From: Blasia pusilla
Lineage: Eukaryota
Direction of reading: 5' to 3'
Length of the DNA stretch: 64,000 bases
Assembly (NCBI GenBank): GCA_050084515.1
Contig: CM114271.1
Span: 49,600,001-49,664,000 of the forward strand
In this document: positions 1-14,300 of the stretch, piece by piece
Layout: every line of letters begins with the position of its first letter
How positions within the stretch are numbered: position 1 is the stretch's first letter
Position numbers and translations under genes: made by a program
Notes under the pieces: model-generated
Database searches by the model: none
What the model saw: only the letters and a program-made list of their open reading frames with translations
Told to the model about the DNA's origin: nothing

Positions 1-598
1 GCTGCCATGTGCAGAGCAGATCGACCTTGCCCATCCTGTGAATCTACCAGGACTCCTTGACCTAACAACGCCGCCACGTCCTCCAGGTCTCCATACCTTG
101 CTGCTTCTAGAAATTCAGCCGTGAGCGGTGCAGTGGATACGGCTTCCTGAAGCCCTTCTGCCGATGGTACCGCCATGGCAGCCAGCTATGGATCTTCGAA
201 GATCACAGCATGCACTGAGACGGTCTAATCAGTTACAGGGTAGGTCCTTATCTGCAATAGCTTATCTGCCTGAGTCGTCATAAGAAACACCAGAGCAGCC
301 CATGAGCAACAGCTTGCTTTACAAGACGAGCTGAGCACAACAGATTGCAAAACATTGAGGACCTGTCTGCAATGTAAAAAGCAAATTGCTCCGACGACTG
401 GGTAATGTCGTGGACACATCACATCACCCAGACTATTCATCCAGACATCCCCAATGCCCAGGTGATTTCGACTATAATGGGAGCGAGACAAGGTTAGTCA
501 AATCTTCCGCGCGGAGAGGTGGAGGTGCACGGATAAGAGTCTTCAAGTGGGCAGACTAGTAGAGCTCTGGGCGGGTCAAAGCGTTTATTCATACCCTC

Positions 599-602
<4 letters not shown>

Positions 603-629
<27 letters not shown>
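603..629. repeat. (GA)n microsatellite
   Basis: Direct GAGAGA run in the sequence. Confidence 0.95.
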
Positions 630-634
<5 letters not shown>

Positions 635-967
635 TGGAGATCATACTTATACTTTCAGTCGTGAATGTTCAAGAAGTTCCTGGACTCGTCTTCCATCCGA
701 CGACGGCAGCACAGATTTCAATCGATGGGGCGACGACAAGCTCCCTGTGGCACCCAGATCACACGGAGAGTTTACACTCTGTTCTCTCATCATAGTAGCT
801 CCCGTTGAAACCCACACGAAGGAAACCACATCTTTGTCCTTTTTGGCTCACTCTCGCGTTGGCATCCAAAGGGGCAAACCATAGCTGACTAAAACGGGAT
901 CGGAAATTGCATAACATGCCGCGATTAGAGCCGGATCCCATGAACGGGTGTTTGAGGTAGTGGCGAC

Positions 968-3900
968 TTTTTTTTTTTAACTTCGATACTAATATGTTCA
1001 TTTTATTATAGATTAAACCTCAAAAGAAGACAAAGAGAGGTAATAACATCTCAAAAGAGTAGTCAGAAAATGCATAATGGAATGCAAAAAATGGCAACTA
1101 GCCAACGCAAACACGACTCAACGAGCTACACGATTGATAGCTTCAAACAAATTTGACAAGAACACAAGTGGTTGGTCATTTGTGAATGGACGACGAGGTG
1201 AGCGACCCCCCACCATCTTAGCATGACGTATCAATGCCAAGGCATGTGCACATTGTAAGGCCACTGAGATGCATTGCCGAAAATAAGTAGTAACTACAGA
1301 GAGAGAAGGACTACTTGAAGGGGCAAGGTGATGATTCTAGAAGGAGTGATGAGCACATGTTTTCAGGAAAGTATCAAAAGATACATGTAAATGACCAAAT
1401 ACTTCCACTGCAAAAAGAATAAATCCATCAGTTGCATGTCTCATATCATAACTTAACTCCTTGATTCTTGCTGCAGCTTCAGCCGCCGAACCTTTGGTAT
1501 GTGCGACTGGAAACACCAAGTTAGAACGTGTTGGATCAGCAACCACCACATCACCTAATGTCCGAAAGCCACCTCGAGACATAACAAGATCCACTCTCCA
1601 ACGAGAGGTTGCTTGTGTGGTTGAAGGTAGGACATGGAGTTGCTCTTGCCCAACGGTGTATCCTGCAGTACGAGCCACCGATGCTACCGCCTCTCTAATG
1701 ACATCATGTATGGCCGTTCGTTCTCCACCATGTGCACATCGGAGAATATGGATACCCTTGGAATCAATGGGATTCCCGCGTACAAAATTCGGCACACCTA
1801 ACAAAGAAGGATGGGGAAGTTCAAGGCGAGACCGCAAAGCTATCGAGAATATACTCTGAGGAAGACGAAATGGAAGAATGAGAGGATTTGTAGTAAGCCA
1901 CGCCCCCGCTCCGCTACCTGCACATGAATGTAGACGAGCTCGTTGAGCGTCAGAGGATGCCTCAAAGAGAATGCTCGAAAAGTTGATTTGATGCAGATTC
2001 TCGGAGATATGCTCTTGAAGTCGATCAAGCCCTTCCGTAATCAATTGACTGAAAGGGGGTAGAATTGCTTGTGTAGCAAGAAGAAGAAGAGCTCGTGCAG
2101 ATTTCAATTGTCGTTGAAATAACAAGTCCCCCTCCTCTACATGGCTAATATGATCCATCAAGATAGGTGTATCTCCTTGGAGAAACCTTGAAGCATAATC
2201 GGTGCTACCAACGCGCAACTCCCCAAAAAGGCTGCGGGAGCAGATGAGATTTTGGAGGAAAGTCCCACTCCTCCAAAAGAAATAGGGAATATTGCTTGTC
2301 GTGAAGCAAAGACACCATCCTCTCCCTCAAAGGTATTCAGGCCAAGAAGTTGACCAAAATTTGCCAAGAAGTGTCAAAGAGGCCAACCAATGTAAGAACC
2401 TTGAAGTGGGAGGACAAGTGCAAAGAAGGTAGGAAGGACGTCGTAGAAAATATTGGGAGAGAATCCCATAAGCCACTTGGGGATCCCTTAGATGAGGTAA
2501 CAAATGAAGCCATTCCACGTCTTTCAAAAGGGCCTCATCCAAGAACTTTGAGATATAGTGGATGAAGCCAATTGGGACCCCAAGAACCCTAACCCCTTCA
2601 ATGTAGATGGGAAAATCAGGAGTAGGTGGGGTGAATGTTGAGGGAAGGCATGAAGGAGACCACACTCCACATTTACTAGGTTGTACTCTAAGGTTTAAGA
2701 AAGAGAGTCGCTCCACGAAATGGGTATAGGCAAGAACCACTTCAGATGAGGACCTATAATGTGAGTGTCATGAGGAATAGAAGGGAAAAGACGATATGGA
2801 AACGCTTGTGCTGATGCTCGAAGGGCACAAAAATGGGCAATGGCAAAGAGTAGGCCACCCATAGGATCACCTTGACGTGTGCCACAAGCCGATTGTAGAA
2901 TACTATATTCCCCGGAAGTAGCATGATGAGAATAGATAATGGGCGTATCGTAGGCATAGAAGGAGCCAATAAATGGAATGAGACTTGCAAGTTGTCCTTC
3001 TGCACAACGTAACTCCTCAAAGATGGCCGCACAAGAAACGAAATTGAATGGGTTAGCCACATGTACATCGACCTGAATTGCTACCCATTCTGGATGAATA
3101 TCAAGAGTGGAGCGAATCCCATGCACTACAACCTCACAACCTCAAGGAGTTGCCACTCCAAATTGATGAGGAAATAAGTGGGCACTAAAGTGAGGACGAA
3201 ATTGCAAGCATGGGGATCAACTAATCAAGCGGTATAAAACCTCTCCAATAGCCAAAGGGCGGATACCTGAAGGAGGCTTATCGATAGCCAACAAACAACA
3301 AGCCCCTTAGAGCCTAGAGATAGAGAATGGGAGACGACCTGCCGCAATATATGCACACACCTTATATAGAGAGACAAAGCCACTTGTTGAATCTGCCGGG
3401 ATAAAGCAATTTCGGAGATGCTCAAAAACCATCCCTGATAGTCCACTTGCTGATAAGCGAGGAATATGAAGAAAAGCCCTTGTGAAAACCTCCAAGTAAA
3501 TCTCCAAGTCAAGGTCCATTGTATAGTCTTCCACAAAAGGTGGAGCATCACCACTTGAAGGAGGGTCAAGAGCTTCTAAGAGAGTCATTATTTCTGCACT
3601 TGGAACCTTCGGAGAGAGAGGACCCAGTGCTTGACCTGCACGTGAAAACTCACCAACCGGCTCCAAAAGTAGACTTCTTCGAAGGCGTTGTTGTATTGAA
3701 GGCCTCCCATGATTGGCATGTTGAGTGGGATGAGCCGCAACTAAGCCCTCTGCTCGAAGTACATGCTCATTGTGAAGATTCTCCCAATCGCGAGATATAA
3801 AGCGTTGAATACATGTGGAGGTTTCACGATGACCCGTCGCACCATCCCTTGGAGGGAGGACTAAAACCCATTGTGGGAAGAGTAATAGGAGATACCAAAC

Positions 3901-5250
3901 ATTGAAATCTGTGGGATCACGCACTAACCTTTCTAATGGGAAAAGAAAAGCTTGTTGAAAGATGGAGCAAAGAGCAATAGGAATGCGAGTGTAGAGTCTA
4001 GGACGAGGAAGACCTGGTAAGAAAGAGCGAAGGAGATCAATTTGGCTCAACCAGGTCCAAGCAGTTGTTGTCGGGAGTGTAATAGGAGGTGGTATCAGGT
4101 TAGGGATTGATGGCCCATGCATGGATCCACAGTACCGCTGATGTCTTTTGATCCTATTAGGAGCAAACTCCTTACCACAAGGTATGCAACGAACCTTTGG
4201 CAAAAATGCGGAAGTAGAAGGATTACAAGGAGAGGAGATGGGAGGAGCAAGAGGTGGTGATGGACGACAATGAGGGGACAAGTAGGTTGGGGAAGGAGGA
4301 GGAGGAAGAGGGGAGATAAGGGTAGAATAGATGGGAGTTGGAAGCAAGGGCACATATGAGATATATGGGGATGGCAAAGTAGTAGGATTCGGTAATAATG
4401 GATCAAGATTAGGCTCAATAGGACAAGATGAAGAGGGGAGAAGAGGAGAATATGGAAGAAATATAATGAGTGTAATGGGTGTATTAGTATATGGAGGAAA
4501 ATGGCGAGATCTACGATGAGGAGGTGAACTAGGGGGAGAGGTTACGGCTGTAAGAGGGCGTGTAAAACCAGAGAAGCGAGTAGAAGGAGAATCCAACTCC
4601 ATCTCTGATGACATAGAAGCAAAGGTAGACAAGTCATGGAAGAAAAGGGAAGACATATAAAACGTGGTTTGGAGAAAGGATGAGGGTAACGAGCAAAAAG
4701 AAAGTAGTGGAATCCGTCCAAAAGAAATTTAGATGGAGAGAATAAGATTAGGCAATACTGAATTTATGATTGAAAGTTACTATAAGAAAAATATAAAAAG
4801 CCATTGAATAGGAAAAGTGATCTTAATGGTACCGGAAGAGGTGGCTCAAGAATATGAATTTCTAGTGTTCTTAAGGAGATAGCAAAATAATTTAGGGGCG
4901 AAAAAGCGAGGTAAAGAGTTGAAAGAGCAAGGAAGACGTTTGGAGGAATTGACCTAAAATAAACTCGTACACATATATAGGCGCCTACGGTTAAGGAAGA
5001 AAAACTAGAAAAATTTCTGGGAATGAAAAGAACGAGCTTGTGAAGACGATCGAAACAAGACCAAACATGTCCAAAACCGACACTCCAAGCGAAAGTTGTG
5101 AGAGAAATTGGAAATACCAAAAAAGAGGATGTGAGGAGAAAGTGAGCCACCCACCAATGATTGCTATGAGGGAATGAGTTTGTAATGTTGGGCCCAACTC
5201 GTATCAAAAGATCAAGAAAAGCAAGAGGAATCCCTTAAACCGATGGTAAC
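968..5250 (-). mobile_element. Decayed CRE-clade (RLE-type) non-LTR retrotransposon
   Basis: Frameshifted minus-strand ORFs 3307-4656, 2695-3126, 2327-2740, 2158-2367 and 1337-2218. They contain an N-terminal Zn finger (CIPCGKEF..KRHQRYC), RT motifs (QVD..N.FN, GTRQGDPMG, VLGVPIG), a Zn knuckle (HILRC..GGERTAIHD) and a restriction-like endonuclease (RVDLV..LGDVVVADPT..FAVEVFG). The T-run at 968-978 would be the poly(A) tail. The 5' end is approximate. Confidence 0.85.
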
Positions 5251-7385
5251 TCGATGTCACTATCACGTCTCTTAGGATAGATCGGTGAGATCTAGTAGAG
5301 CGCCTTCATGAGTAGCAGAGGACAGGCTCAATAGATCGAGGATGACCTGTTGAGGCCCTGGGAAACTTGAGAGAGCAGGTTTCCCCTTCGTTTCGGCTCA
5401 TTTGGAGCCATATTGAGGAACTTACTATTTTAGGTAAGTACCATTTTGAGTATGTGATCAAATTTCTATTTTAGGTAAGTGGCCCTTGGCTTCCTACATC
5501 AGGTCAAGAGCCACGGAGGTGACTTGGGAGCATAGGTTACCATGGAGAGAGTTTGGGAGAGGGGAGGGGTATACCTCAAGGAGAGAGAGCTTGAGAGCTT
5601 GATAGCTCATTCTCTCTTTGTTGAACCTCTTGGCATGAGGCGGCGGAGCTATGGTCTTGATTGTCTTGTATGTGTAACCCAAGCCTCTCATTAGGAGAGT
5701 GGGTTTGGTTTGACATTGAGAGAGACATGTGAGAGTGCACACATGTGAGAACTATGGTGTTGTGAGAGAGATTGGATCTTACTTTACAAAGAGAGAATGA
5801 GAGAGTGAGAGAGCTTCATGGGGGAGCTCGCTGGTCACTCGCTAATTTTTCAGGTTGGGGACAGTGTTCCTTGTTCAGCGACTCATGGGAGTGCTCACCG
5901 GAGCAAGGGCTGCTTTGATTGTTCTTTGCATTTGCCGATTTTTTGTGTGAAAGAGTGGCGCATGGAAGCGCTGCCCAATTTCTGATAGGGATTGATTATG
6001 TGGGCAGATTTCCCCATGCTGGTGCTCCTAGGAGCACCATGTTGCTTGCTGATTTGTATTTTTACAGGTTTGACATTTTCGTTGGGAGAAATCAGCGCGG
6101 AAGCGCTGCCAAATTTTGTGTAGGAGAAAGAGACATTGGGCTTTACGACAGTCCCTGTCTGTTTTTACTGGAATGTTTGATTCTAAATATTTTTTGATGT
6201 TGTCGTAGATCGTGAAGCTGTGCACGTTGTGCAACAAATAGCGCGCAATTTGGAGTTGAGAGCAAAAAGTTATGGTCAATCTTGCAAAATTGCCATTGCT
6301 AGACGATTTTTAGGGTTAAATTGTTCAAACCCTAAACCAGTCGCCACGCCGGTGGCGGCCGTCGCCATTATAGTCACCTTCAATGGTCCTCCGTTGATGT
6401 TCAACCGTCACCTTTAATGGTCAACCATCACCATCAATGATCAACCGTCATCGTCACCGGTCGGTCGTTACCATCAACGGTCAACCGTCACCGTCAACCG
6501 TCCATCGTCCGTTGTCCACCTTTTGGTTGCCATTGCCACCATTATGGAGTGGAGGGTCTTCCACGACGTTCGTTGATTCTCTGACTTGCCTCGCCACCAC
6601 GTACTTTATTTTGGCCGCCATCGTCATCGCAGTTTTGTCATCAATCAGTGATGGCACATGACCTCCGATTATGGTGTTTGAGTTTTGATTTCATGCTGCT
6701 ATGTTGTGATTGGTAGCCACTCGACGATTATTGAGTATCGTGCCGTGACGCTCGTAGCTGCAACGCGCCTCCGATTGCGCGACCGTGCCGCTCGTGGCCG
6801 CACCGCACCGTCTTGATCGCGGAACTGCTCCTTCACTAAGGAGCAGAGCGTGTGAATTGCTGATTGAGGAGGGTATGCCGTCGAGTGCCACACCCCATTC
6901 CCGAGTGTTGTGCTGTTTGTAGCCGTTCCGTGCCGCACCGGACCGCTCGACTTGCACCGCACATCGAAGAGGTTGAGCAGCGTCAGTACGAGAGGAATAC
7001 GACTTGCTGATTGGAGGAGTTGTCTTCACGCCCAAGTTGGGATCGAGATTTGCAGTTTCCGAGGAGTGACACCGACATTATTGTCAGGTTACCCATTTTG
7101 GTCTCTTACCCTGCCGTGTGAGGGATTTCGGAATATTGGGAAGTTATTTGGGATATTGGGTTTCGTGTTGATGCTAGGAGCATCGATGATGTATGGGTTT
7201 AGGGGACATAGACCTGTGTGGGATGTCCAAAGTTGAGGATGGTTTGTGGATGAGACGATAGATCAGTGATTTGCCGCACCACGCTGCTTATTGCCGCACA
7301 ACACACGTCTCAGTGAGAGAGTGTAGATTGAGTGCCACATGTTTAGTTTGAGTGATTGAGGGATTACTCGCGAGATTGAGAGTGA

Positions 7386-8890
7386 TTGTGTGAGAGGGGC
7401 ATGAGGGCCATCACGGCGTCCTTTCAGGATTTTGAGAGACGAGGTAGTGGATCTAAGAGTAGCTCTGGAGGGTTTACCTGGAGTGGTGCGAGGTTTCGAG
7501 GGTCTCCACGTGAGAGACTACATGGATCTCCTTCTACGTTATCTTCAGACAAGGGGGAGCGTATAGAGGAGTTTAGTGATCCACTGTACACATTGAGTGG
7601 TCCTACCAGTTGGGCGTACGAGATGGACGACCGGGGTAGAGGACGGCGTAGGTTTTCGGGTGTTGTAGGCACTATAGAGCTACACAACTTCATTGCGGAG
7701 TTTAGGAGTTGGTGTGACTCACAACGGGCTAGGAACTCTAGAGAGTTCAACCTATTTACAACATGGAACGGTATGTTCCAGCATTTAGAGGGGGCGCCCA
7801 TGGACGATTACTATGAGTTCTCCAATAGATATGCCCAGGAGATTGAGGCTTGGCGACTCTACTATGACCCACACTATGTGTCATGGACGGAGCCGTTCCC
7901 AGATGAGGAGGAGTCAAGAGAGGCTACTTCCTCTTCAACTAGTGATATTTTAGGAGGGGTCACTCGCACTGGAGCAGTTGCACCATCTAGTCGGGTTCGT
8001 CCTAGGTTCAACCTTGTGGTTGAGTTCTTTGCTGAGTTGAGGGCAAGCTACCAAGGGGTACGGACGGAGAAGTTTCAGAGCATCCACGACTTTCAGAGGC
8101 GCCCAGGTGAGAGTTTGCGTGAGGCTTACACTCGCTTGCGTCGGTGGATCAACGTCACTCAGGGGTTGACAGAGGCTCATCTATCCAGTCATGGTACGCG
8201 ATGCTGGATCGGACCTTGCGAACACTGGTACGGGAGGGGATGCTTCTTATGAACACCTCCCCTAGGTTGAGAGATGTTTTTAGGACCGGCGAGAACATTG
8301 AGCGCAACATGGCAGAGGAGAGCGTAGCCACCATAGGTTCTGGGCGAGAGCAGTCACGATTGTTTGCACCACTTGTGCAGCAACGTGGACTCTGAGATAG
8401 GTTGAATGTGGCACCACGAGATCAGGGAGGATACCGGGAGGCCTTACCACAGAGACCTGCACCTTCATATGCGGCTCAACAGCTGCCGCCTACTATTACT
8501 TGTTGGTCATGTGGTGGAGCCCATCATCAGCGAGATTGCATTTGTCAAGGTCACGGATGTGTGCCTCAACATGGAGGAGGAGATGGTACTGCACTAGGAG
8601 GTTATCAGTGTGACTATTGTGAGAGGTATGGTCATACACGTGCAAGGTGTTTCAATTTACATCCTGAGTTATGTCCGGACCGAGGGCGAGAGAGGGCACC
8701 AGAGCGAGTAGCCGGTCTGGGTGGGCCTAAAGATCGTGCACCAGGTGGTCCCGTTGGGGGACGAGGAGCTAGAGTTGCCCGACAGGGTGATGGAGCTTCC
8801 CGTGGAGGAGGTAGAGTCCCACCACCTACACGCGTTGAGGGAGATGCTGGACATGAGGCTAGGATGGCTGCTCAAATACATCAGCTATAA
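7386..8890 (+). pseudogene. Gypsy gag (retrotransposon gag domain + two CCHC knuckles), frameshifted
   Basis: FQRRPGESLREAYTRLRR gag motif; knuckles CWSCGGAHHQRDC and CDYCERYGHTRARC. Confidence 0.8.
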
Positions 8891-9579
8891 GAGCAGATTG
8901 CCGCTATGGCATTGAGATTACCCGATGCTGGATCCGTGGCATTGACATCATATGGAGCAACCAGAGATATGGAGAATCGTGGTTGGATGTACGGGGTTGC
9001 CCAAATGGAGGCCGCTGCAATTGTGACGCGTGGAGCAGCCACAGAGTGCGATCCACATCGAGGGGAAGCCAGGAAACAGACTAGGCTTCCTCAGTCTTTC
9101 ACGTTGTCAGAGGCGATGAGGACCCCATCAATGGGTCCTGATCAGATTTCTTGGAGGGTTGGTGATGTTGTTGGTGTCCAGGAACGGAGGGCAATAGGAG
9201 AAGCGAGTGCGACAACTCCTATTGTTGATGCTCAGGAGGGGCATGTGTCGAGCACGTTGTTGGGGGTGGCCACCGTTGTGTACCGCACTCTTTTACTTTT
9301 TGCTTCCGATGTTATGACGTTGGGAGGTATGCCCGCTGAGGTTTTTTGGCTGGCCGCTACGCTATGTGAGCATGGAGTTGGAGTTCTTGCATCACTTTCA
9401 GAGGTGATTGTAGAGAAGGTGATGGACCTGCCCTTGGAGCGGATGCTCGGGCCGTCCACGTCAGATTCATGGGAGGTTGCGACTGCTAGGATGGCGGAGA
9501 TGCCTGCTAGACCGGCGATAGAGCCTGCCATGGTTTCTCCTGATGTTAAGTTGATGGATAACCAGGGAGAGGTCTTCTA

Positions 9580-9990
9580 GTTGGTGAGTCCCGGAGGTAG
9601 AGCTTGTAGTCCGCAACGCGTCTTGTTGGATTCAGGAGCGCAACCCCTGATGTTGGCGAAAGCGTCATTCAGAGGATTGGGCTTGACGAGAGCCGATGTG
9701 GAGCGTTGTCCATTCCGGATACAAACATCCTTGGGTGGAGCGAGTACAACATAGTATATCACCCGACAGGAGGTCGTGGTGAGGATTCTCCCGGGACATC
9801 CTATAGATGAGTCCGTGGTGCGAGCCAAGACAATAGTGACTGATGTAGAGTCCTACGACGTCTTGGTTGGTGAAGCAGTGTTATACCCGATGGGTTTTTC
9901 CCTGGATTATTGGGAGGAGTCAGCGTCCTAAAGACCAGGATGGCAGTCAGGTGACGGGCGCCTTAGCTCATTACCCGTTCGATTCACGGG
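9580..9990 (+). pseudogene. Retroviral-type aspartic protease
   Basis: RVLLDSGAQPLML at ~9617-9655 and a downstream YDVLVG motif at ~9853. Confidence 0.75.
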
Positions 9991-10329
9991 TGCAATGATT
10001 GAGCGACGGCCAGGAGAGGTGGCGACCTTAGCAGCATTTAGCAGTGCCATCACTTGGCCTAGTGGTTTGATTGAGGGACATGTTCATGCAGAGGATACTC
10101 CCGTTCTTGACATTTCTATGGAGAGGAGTGTCATGGTAGGCGCATCAGTTCGTGGAGGAGAGGTGCCGCTTTGGGGCTCGACTGAGGATCTTTGACGCTT
10201 AGCCACTGAGCATGTACAGACCGCGTTGAGCAAGATATTTGCACTAGAGAGTGATGGGTCAGAGGAACCCAAGGTAGGCAGGAGTGCTGCTATGACCCCT
10301 TTGGACACCACCCCGATTGTGTGGTGCAT

Positions 10330-11290
10330 CCCAGAGAAGGGTATTCGGGTGTTGGATCTCTTTGGAGAGATCAACATTGGGTTAGCTGTTGTTTTGCACG
10401 CTGGAGTGTGCGTGCAACAATACTTGTATGTGGAGATTGATGATGTTGGGAGGCGCGCTTCACTTCACCATGTGGCGCTGTTACGCCTTCATTTTCCCGA
10501 CTGGTTGTCTGGGTCCACCATTAGGGTTACCAGAATTCCCTACCAAGGGACATTTCATTGTTGGGGGCGCAGGACTTGGAGTGGGTAAGGACCATAGGCT
10601 TGGTCATTGCTGGTTGGCCGTGTCAAGGCCAATCGAGTGCTGGACGAGGTAGCAGGTTATCTGACACTCGGTCCAGGTTTTTTTGGGAGATGATGCGGAT
10701 CTTGTAATATTTACATGAGCATCAGTCTCGTTCTCCATCATACATTTTGGAGAATGTGCCAATTTTGGGCGATTCGAGGTCCCGTGTGGTGACGAGTGCA
10801 CATCAGGTGTGCGCATGGATCGGCTCGGCATTGTTGTTAGATGTAGCGAGTGTGGGTTCATCGCCCACGTCTTTGGTGGACCAACTTGGTACCACATGAG
10901 GTATTGCGGAGGGCTTATGCGAGAGTGGAGCGTCCCTCCAATTTGTTGGTGGATTCTATATTGGATCCGGGCCGTCGATCACAGGCAGTGAGGCACGATG
11001 ATCGACCATCGTTGACTGTGGTCAACAGGATTGGCATGCCACAAGCCGCCTTTCCCACATTGGTGAGTTTCCCCGCTTCCTATGCATTCAAGGAGGCTGG
11101 ACCTGGCTTGGTTTGGGATGACCAGGTATAGGTTGATGGAGCCCAATGCCGATGAGCGAGAGTGAGCGATGGGATTCCCCACAAGAGTGACGGCATTATC
11201 GTCACTATCGGAGGCATCACGACGTCATGTCTTGGGTCAGGCGATGGACCTGAACTGCTTGACATGGATTTTTAGCTTAGGATTAGCTGA
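10330..11290 (+). pseudogene. C5-cytosine DNA methyltransferase domain (DNMT3-like) inside Gypsy pol
   Basis: Ordered motifs across frameshifts: I GIRVLDLFGEI (~10340), II YLYVEID, IV LVIAGWPCQG (~10600-10629), VI YILENVP (~10741), VIII HRPRLWWTNL (~10859), IX EPNADERE.AMGFP (~11139), X HVLGQAMD (~11226). Confidence 0.9.
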
Positions 11291-11599
11291 GCAACGTTGT
11301 TGAGGATGCGACAGATCACAGTTTTTGCGTTGGTGAGCCCCATGCCTATCGAGACGGTTGAGGCAGTGGCTGGGGGCGAGACCCGAGGAGATCGACACAC
11401 CAGGGGTGATCGGGAGAGACATCCTTGGACTTCTTGGGATGTTTTGCAAGTACGCCAGGAGATGATAGCCACAACATCAAGCGTGGTTTTGGGTACTGCA
11501 TGTGGAGATGGGAGTTTTATTGTCCGAGATGGGGTTGCACCATAGCAACCATTGACATCCGCGCTAGAGAGTCCTATCGTAGTCACGATGGAGACTTGG

Positions 11600-14300
11600 G
11601 AGCTAGATACGGGCCCTAAGTTGATAGGAGGAGAGCGGCGTCGGATACACCAGTTCCTTAGGAGTTATAGGAGTTGTTTTGCATTTAGTATGCATGATTT
11701 GGGTACACTGAAGGGTCCAGGATCCACATTGAGTTGTCGAGTGACACGCCGATCTTCCGATGATCCTATAGGTACAGTGACATGGAGAGGGCTCTGATTT
11801 AGAGTAGGATCCAAGACTTGGTTGGAGCAAGACTAGTGGAGATGTCGCATGGAGAGTATGCATCTACCATTGTCATGCCCGCCAAGAAGGATGTGCATGG
11901 CAACTGGATGGATAGGTGAATGTGTGGAGATTACTGACCTATCAATTGGCAGACAAAGGCCGATAGGTATGCCATGCCCACCCTTGAGGAGATCTTTGAT
12001 GCGATTGGGCAAGCAAAGATCTTCAATTTATTGGATTTGCGATGCGAATACCATCAACTGCCTATTAGATTGGAGGATAGGCAGAAGACGGCATTTTGGG
12101 GCATCGATCCTCACGGGAAGGATTGTTTGTACCAATGGTGGTTCTTACCATTCGAGTTAAAGAATGCCATGGATGAGTTTCAGAGGGTCATGGATAGGAT
12201 CTTGGCAGGTCCGGATTTTGCTAGGTGTTATATTGATGACATCGTAGTCTTTAGCGCCACGATTGAGGAGCATGAGCGACATCTAGAGGAGGTATTTTGA
12301 CGATTGCAGTTACATGGGCTGAAGCTACATCCAGGCAAGTGCAAGTTCTTCTACGACCAGATTGAGTACTTGGGTCATACGATATACCTTGGGAGCCTTG
12401 GTGTGCAACAGACGAAGGTAGAGGCTATTTCATGCATTCCACGCCCTACAGATGTGAGTCGAGTTCGTGCATTCATGGGATTGGAGAACTTCTATCGACG
12501 GTACGTCAAAGGTTTTAGTTCGATTGCAAAGCTGCTAACCTTAATGACCAAGGTGGATCAGGAGTGGCATTGGGGGGATGAGCAAGAGAGAGCATTTCAC
12601 ATGCTCAAGGACTGATTGACGTGCGCGCCCATATTGAGGAGACCGATCAAGGGTCGTCCTTTCTAGTTGCATACCGATTGGAGCATGTTGGGGCTTGGAG
12701 CCGTGCTTACCCAACATGATGATGATGGTTGAGAGTTCGTGGTGGCTTATGCTAGTCGCTCAAACAATGCTGCAGAGGCAAAGTGTAGCTCGTATGAGGG
12801 TGAGTGCTTGGCTGCAGTGTGGGCTGTCGCACATTTCAGATGTTATCTATTCGGCAATCCTTTTACCATCATTACTGATCATCAACCATTTAAGTGGTTG
12901 ATGGAGTTTGACAAGCTTACAGGGAAGCTTGCAAGATGGGCTCTTTTTTTGCCAGAGTATGACTTCCAGGTGATGCATAGACTTAGGATGCTCAACTAGG
13001 ATGCAGATGGTTTGAGACGTAACCCATGCCCCAGTCAGCGAGATGCACTTGGAGCTTGTTGGCATGATGAGAGTGATGAGGAGTTGGTGCCATGATGGCA
13101 TGCGTCAGCCTATTTGGGCTTGTTGGCTATCGAGCGCCAGATTGCGGAGTCTTCGATGGCGAGGTATGATGGAGAGTCCTTAGATATAGAGGCCGGTGAG
13201 GAGACGACAAATGGCCGAGACATTCACGACAATGGAGTGATCTTGGAGTACCTGAGTAGTGGGAGCGTTGCGAGCACAGTGGGTTCTAGAGAGCAGGATC
13301 GGATCCTACAACAAGCCAGACGGTTCTGGTGGGAGGGCACACATGTGTTGCGAGTGTGGGAGGATGGTAGAGTGCGTGTAGTGCCTCATCCTTCGCAGAG
13401 AGCACGTTTGGTGGGTTGGGTCATTTTGGAGTGAAGCGGACGTACAACTTGCTCTAGATTCAGTATTGGTGGCGAGGCATGCAGACTGACGTTCATCAGT
13501 TTGTTGCCAGATGCATGGTGTGTGATCGAGTCTGAGCATCGTTCAATGCTCCAACTCCACAATTGCATCCACTTTCGATCATGGGTTTAGGTAATAGATG
13601 GAGTTTGGATTTTGCAAGACCTTTGCCTTTGACGGAGCGCCATAGTCGTTATGTGTTGGTGATGGTCGAGCACTTCTCGGAGTGGATAGAGTTGGTTGCA
13701 TTGCGTGACAAAGCGAGTGAGGGAGTTGCGTATGCCTTCCTAGATCGAGTGTTGAGTCATTATGGCGCACTAACTAAGGTGTTGACAGACTAGGGTACAA
13801 AGTTCCGTGGGGAGTTTTAGGCCTTGTGTGATCAGGCACTGATCGACCACCGCACTACTTCGCGAGATCATCCTGAGGCGGATGGACTAGCGGAGCGGGT
13901 TGTGCAGATGGTGAAGAGAGGACTACACAAGTATGGCTTGTAGAGAGGTCACCTAGGAGATTGGGACCTTCAGTTGCCGTGGTTGGCAATGGGATACAGA
14001 TTCAGCAAGCAAGCATCCTTAGCGTCTTTCTCACCGTACTTGTTGCTTTAAGGCCGAGAGCCAGATTTACCAACGGCCATTCGTCAAGATACTGGTGAGG
14101 TATTGAACCTTGATGACCTTGATATATGGATGCGAGCATGTTCTGAGAGGGCTGAGTTGTTTCGGAGAGTGATGCCCATGGCGTTTGAGAACTTGGTGAT
14201 TGTCCAACATCGGGATACGTTGAGGTATGCGACTATTCGGGGAGGTGGTTATTGATCTACTATCCGGAGGTTTCATTAGGAAGACTATGTCTACTTGCAG
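11600..14300 (+). pseudogene. Gypsy RT - RNase H - integrase (multiple stops and frameshifts)
   Basis: LDLRCEYHQ, LPFELKNA and CYIDDIVVFS (RT); VAYASR, YEGECLA and TDHQP (RNase H); WSLDF..YVLVMVEHFSEWIE..VLTD (integrase). Confidence 0.92.
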
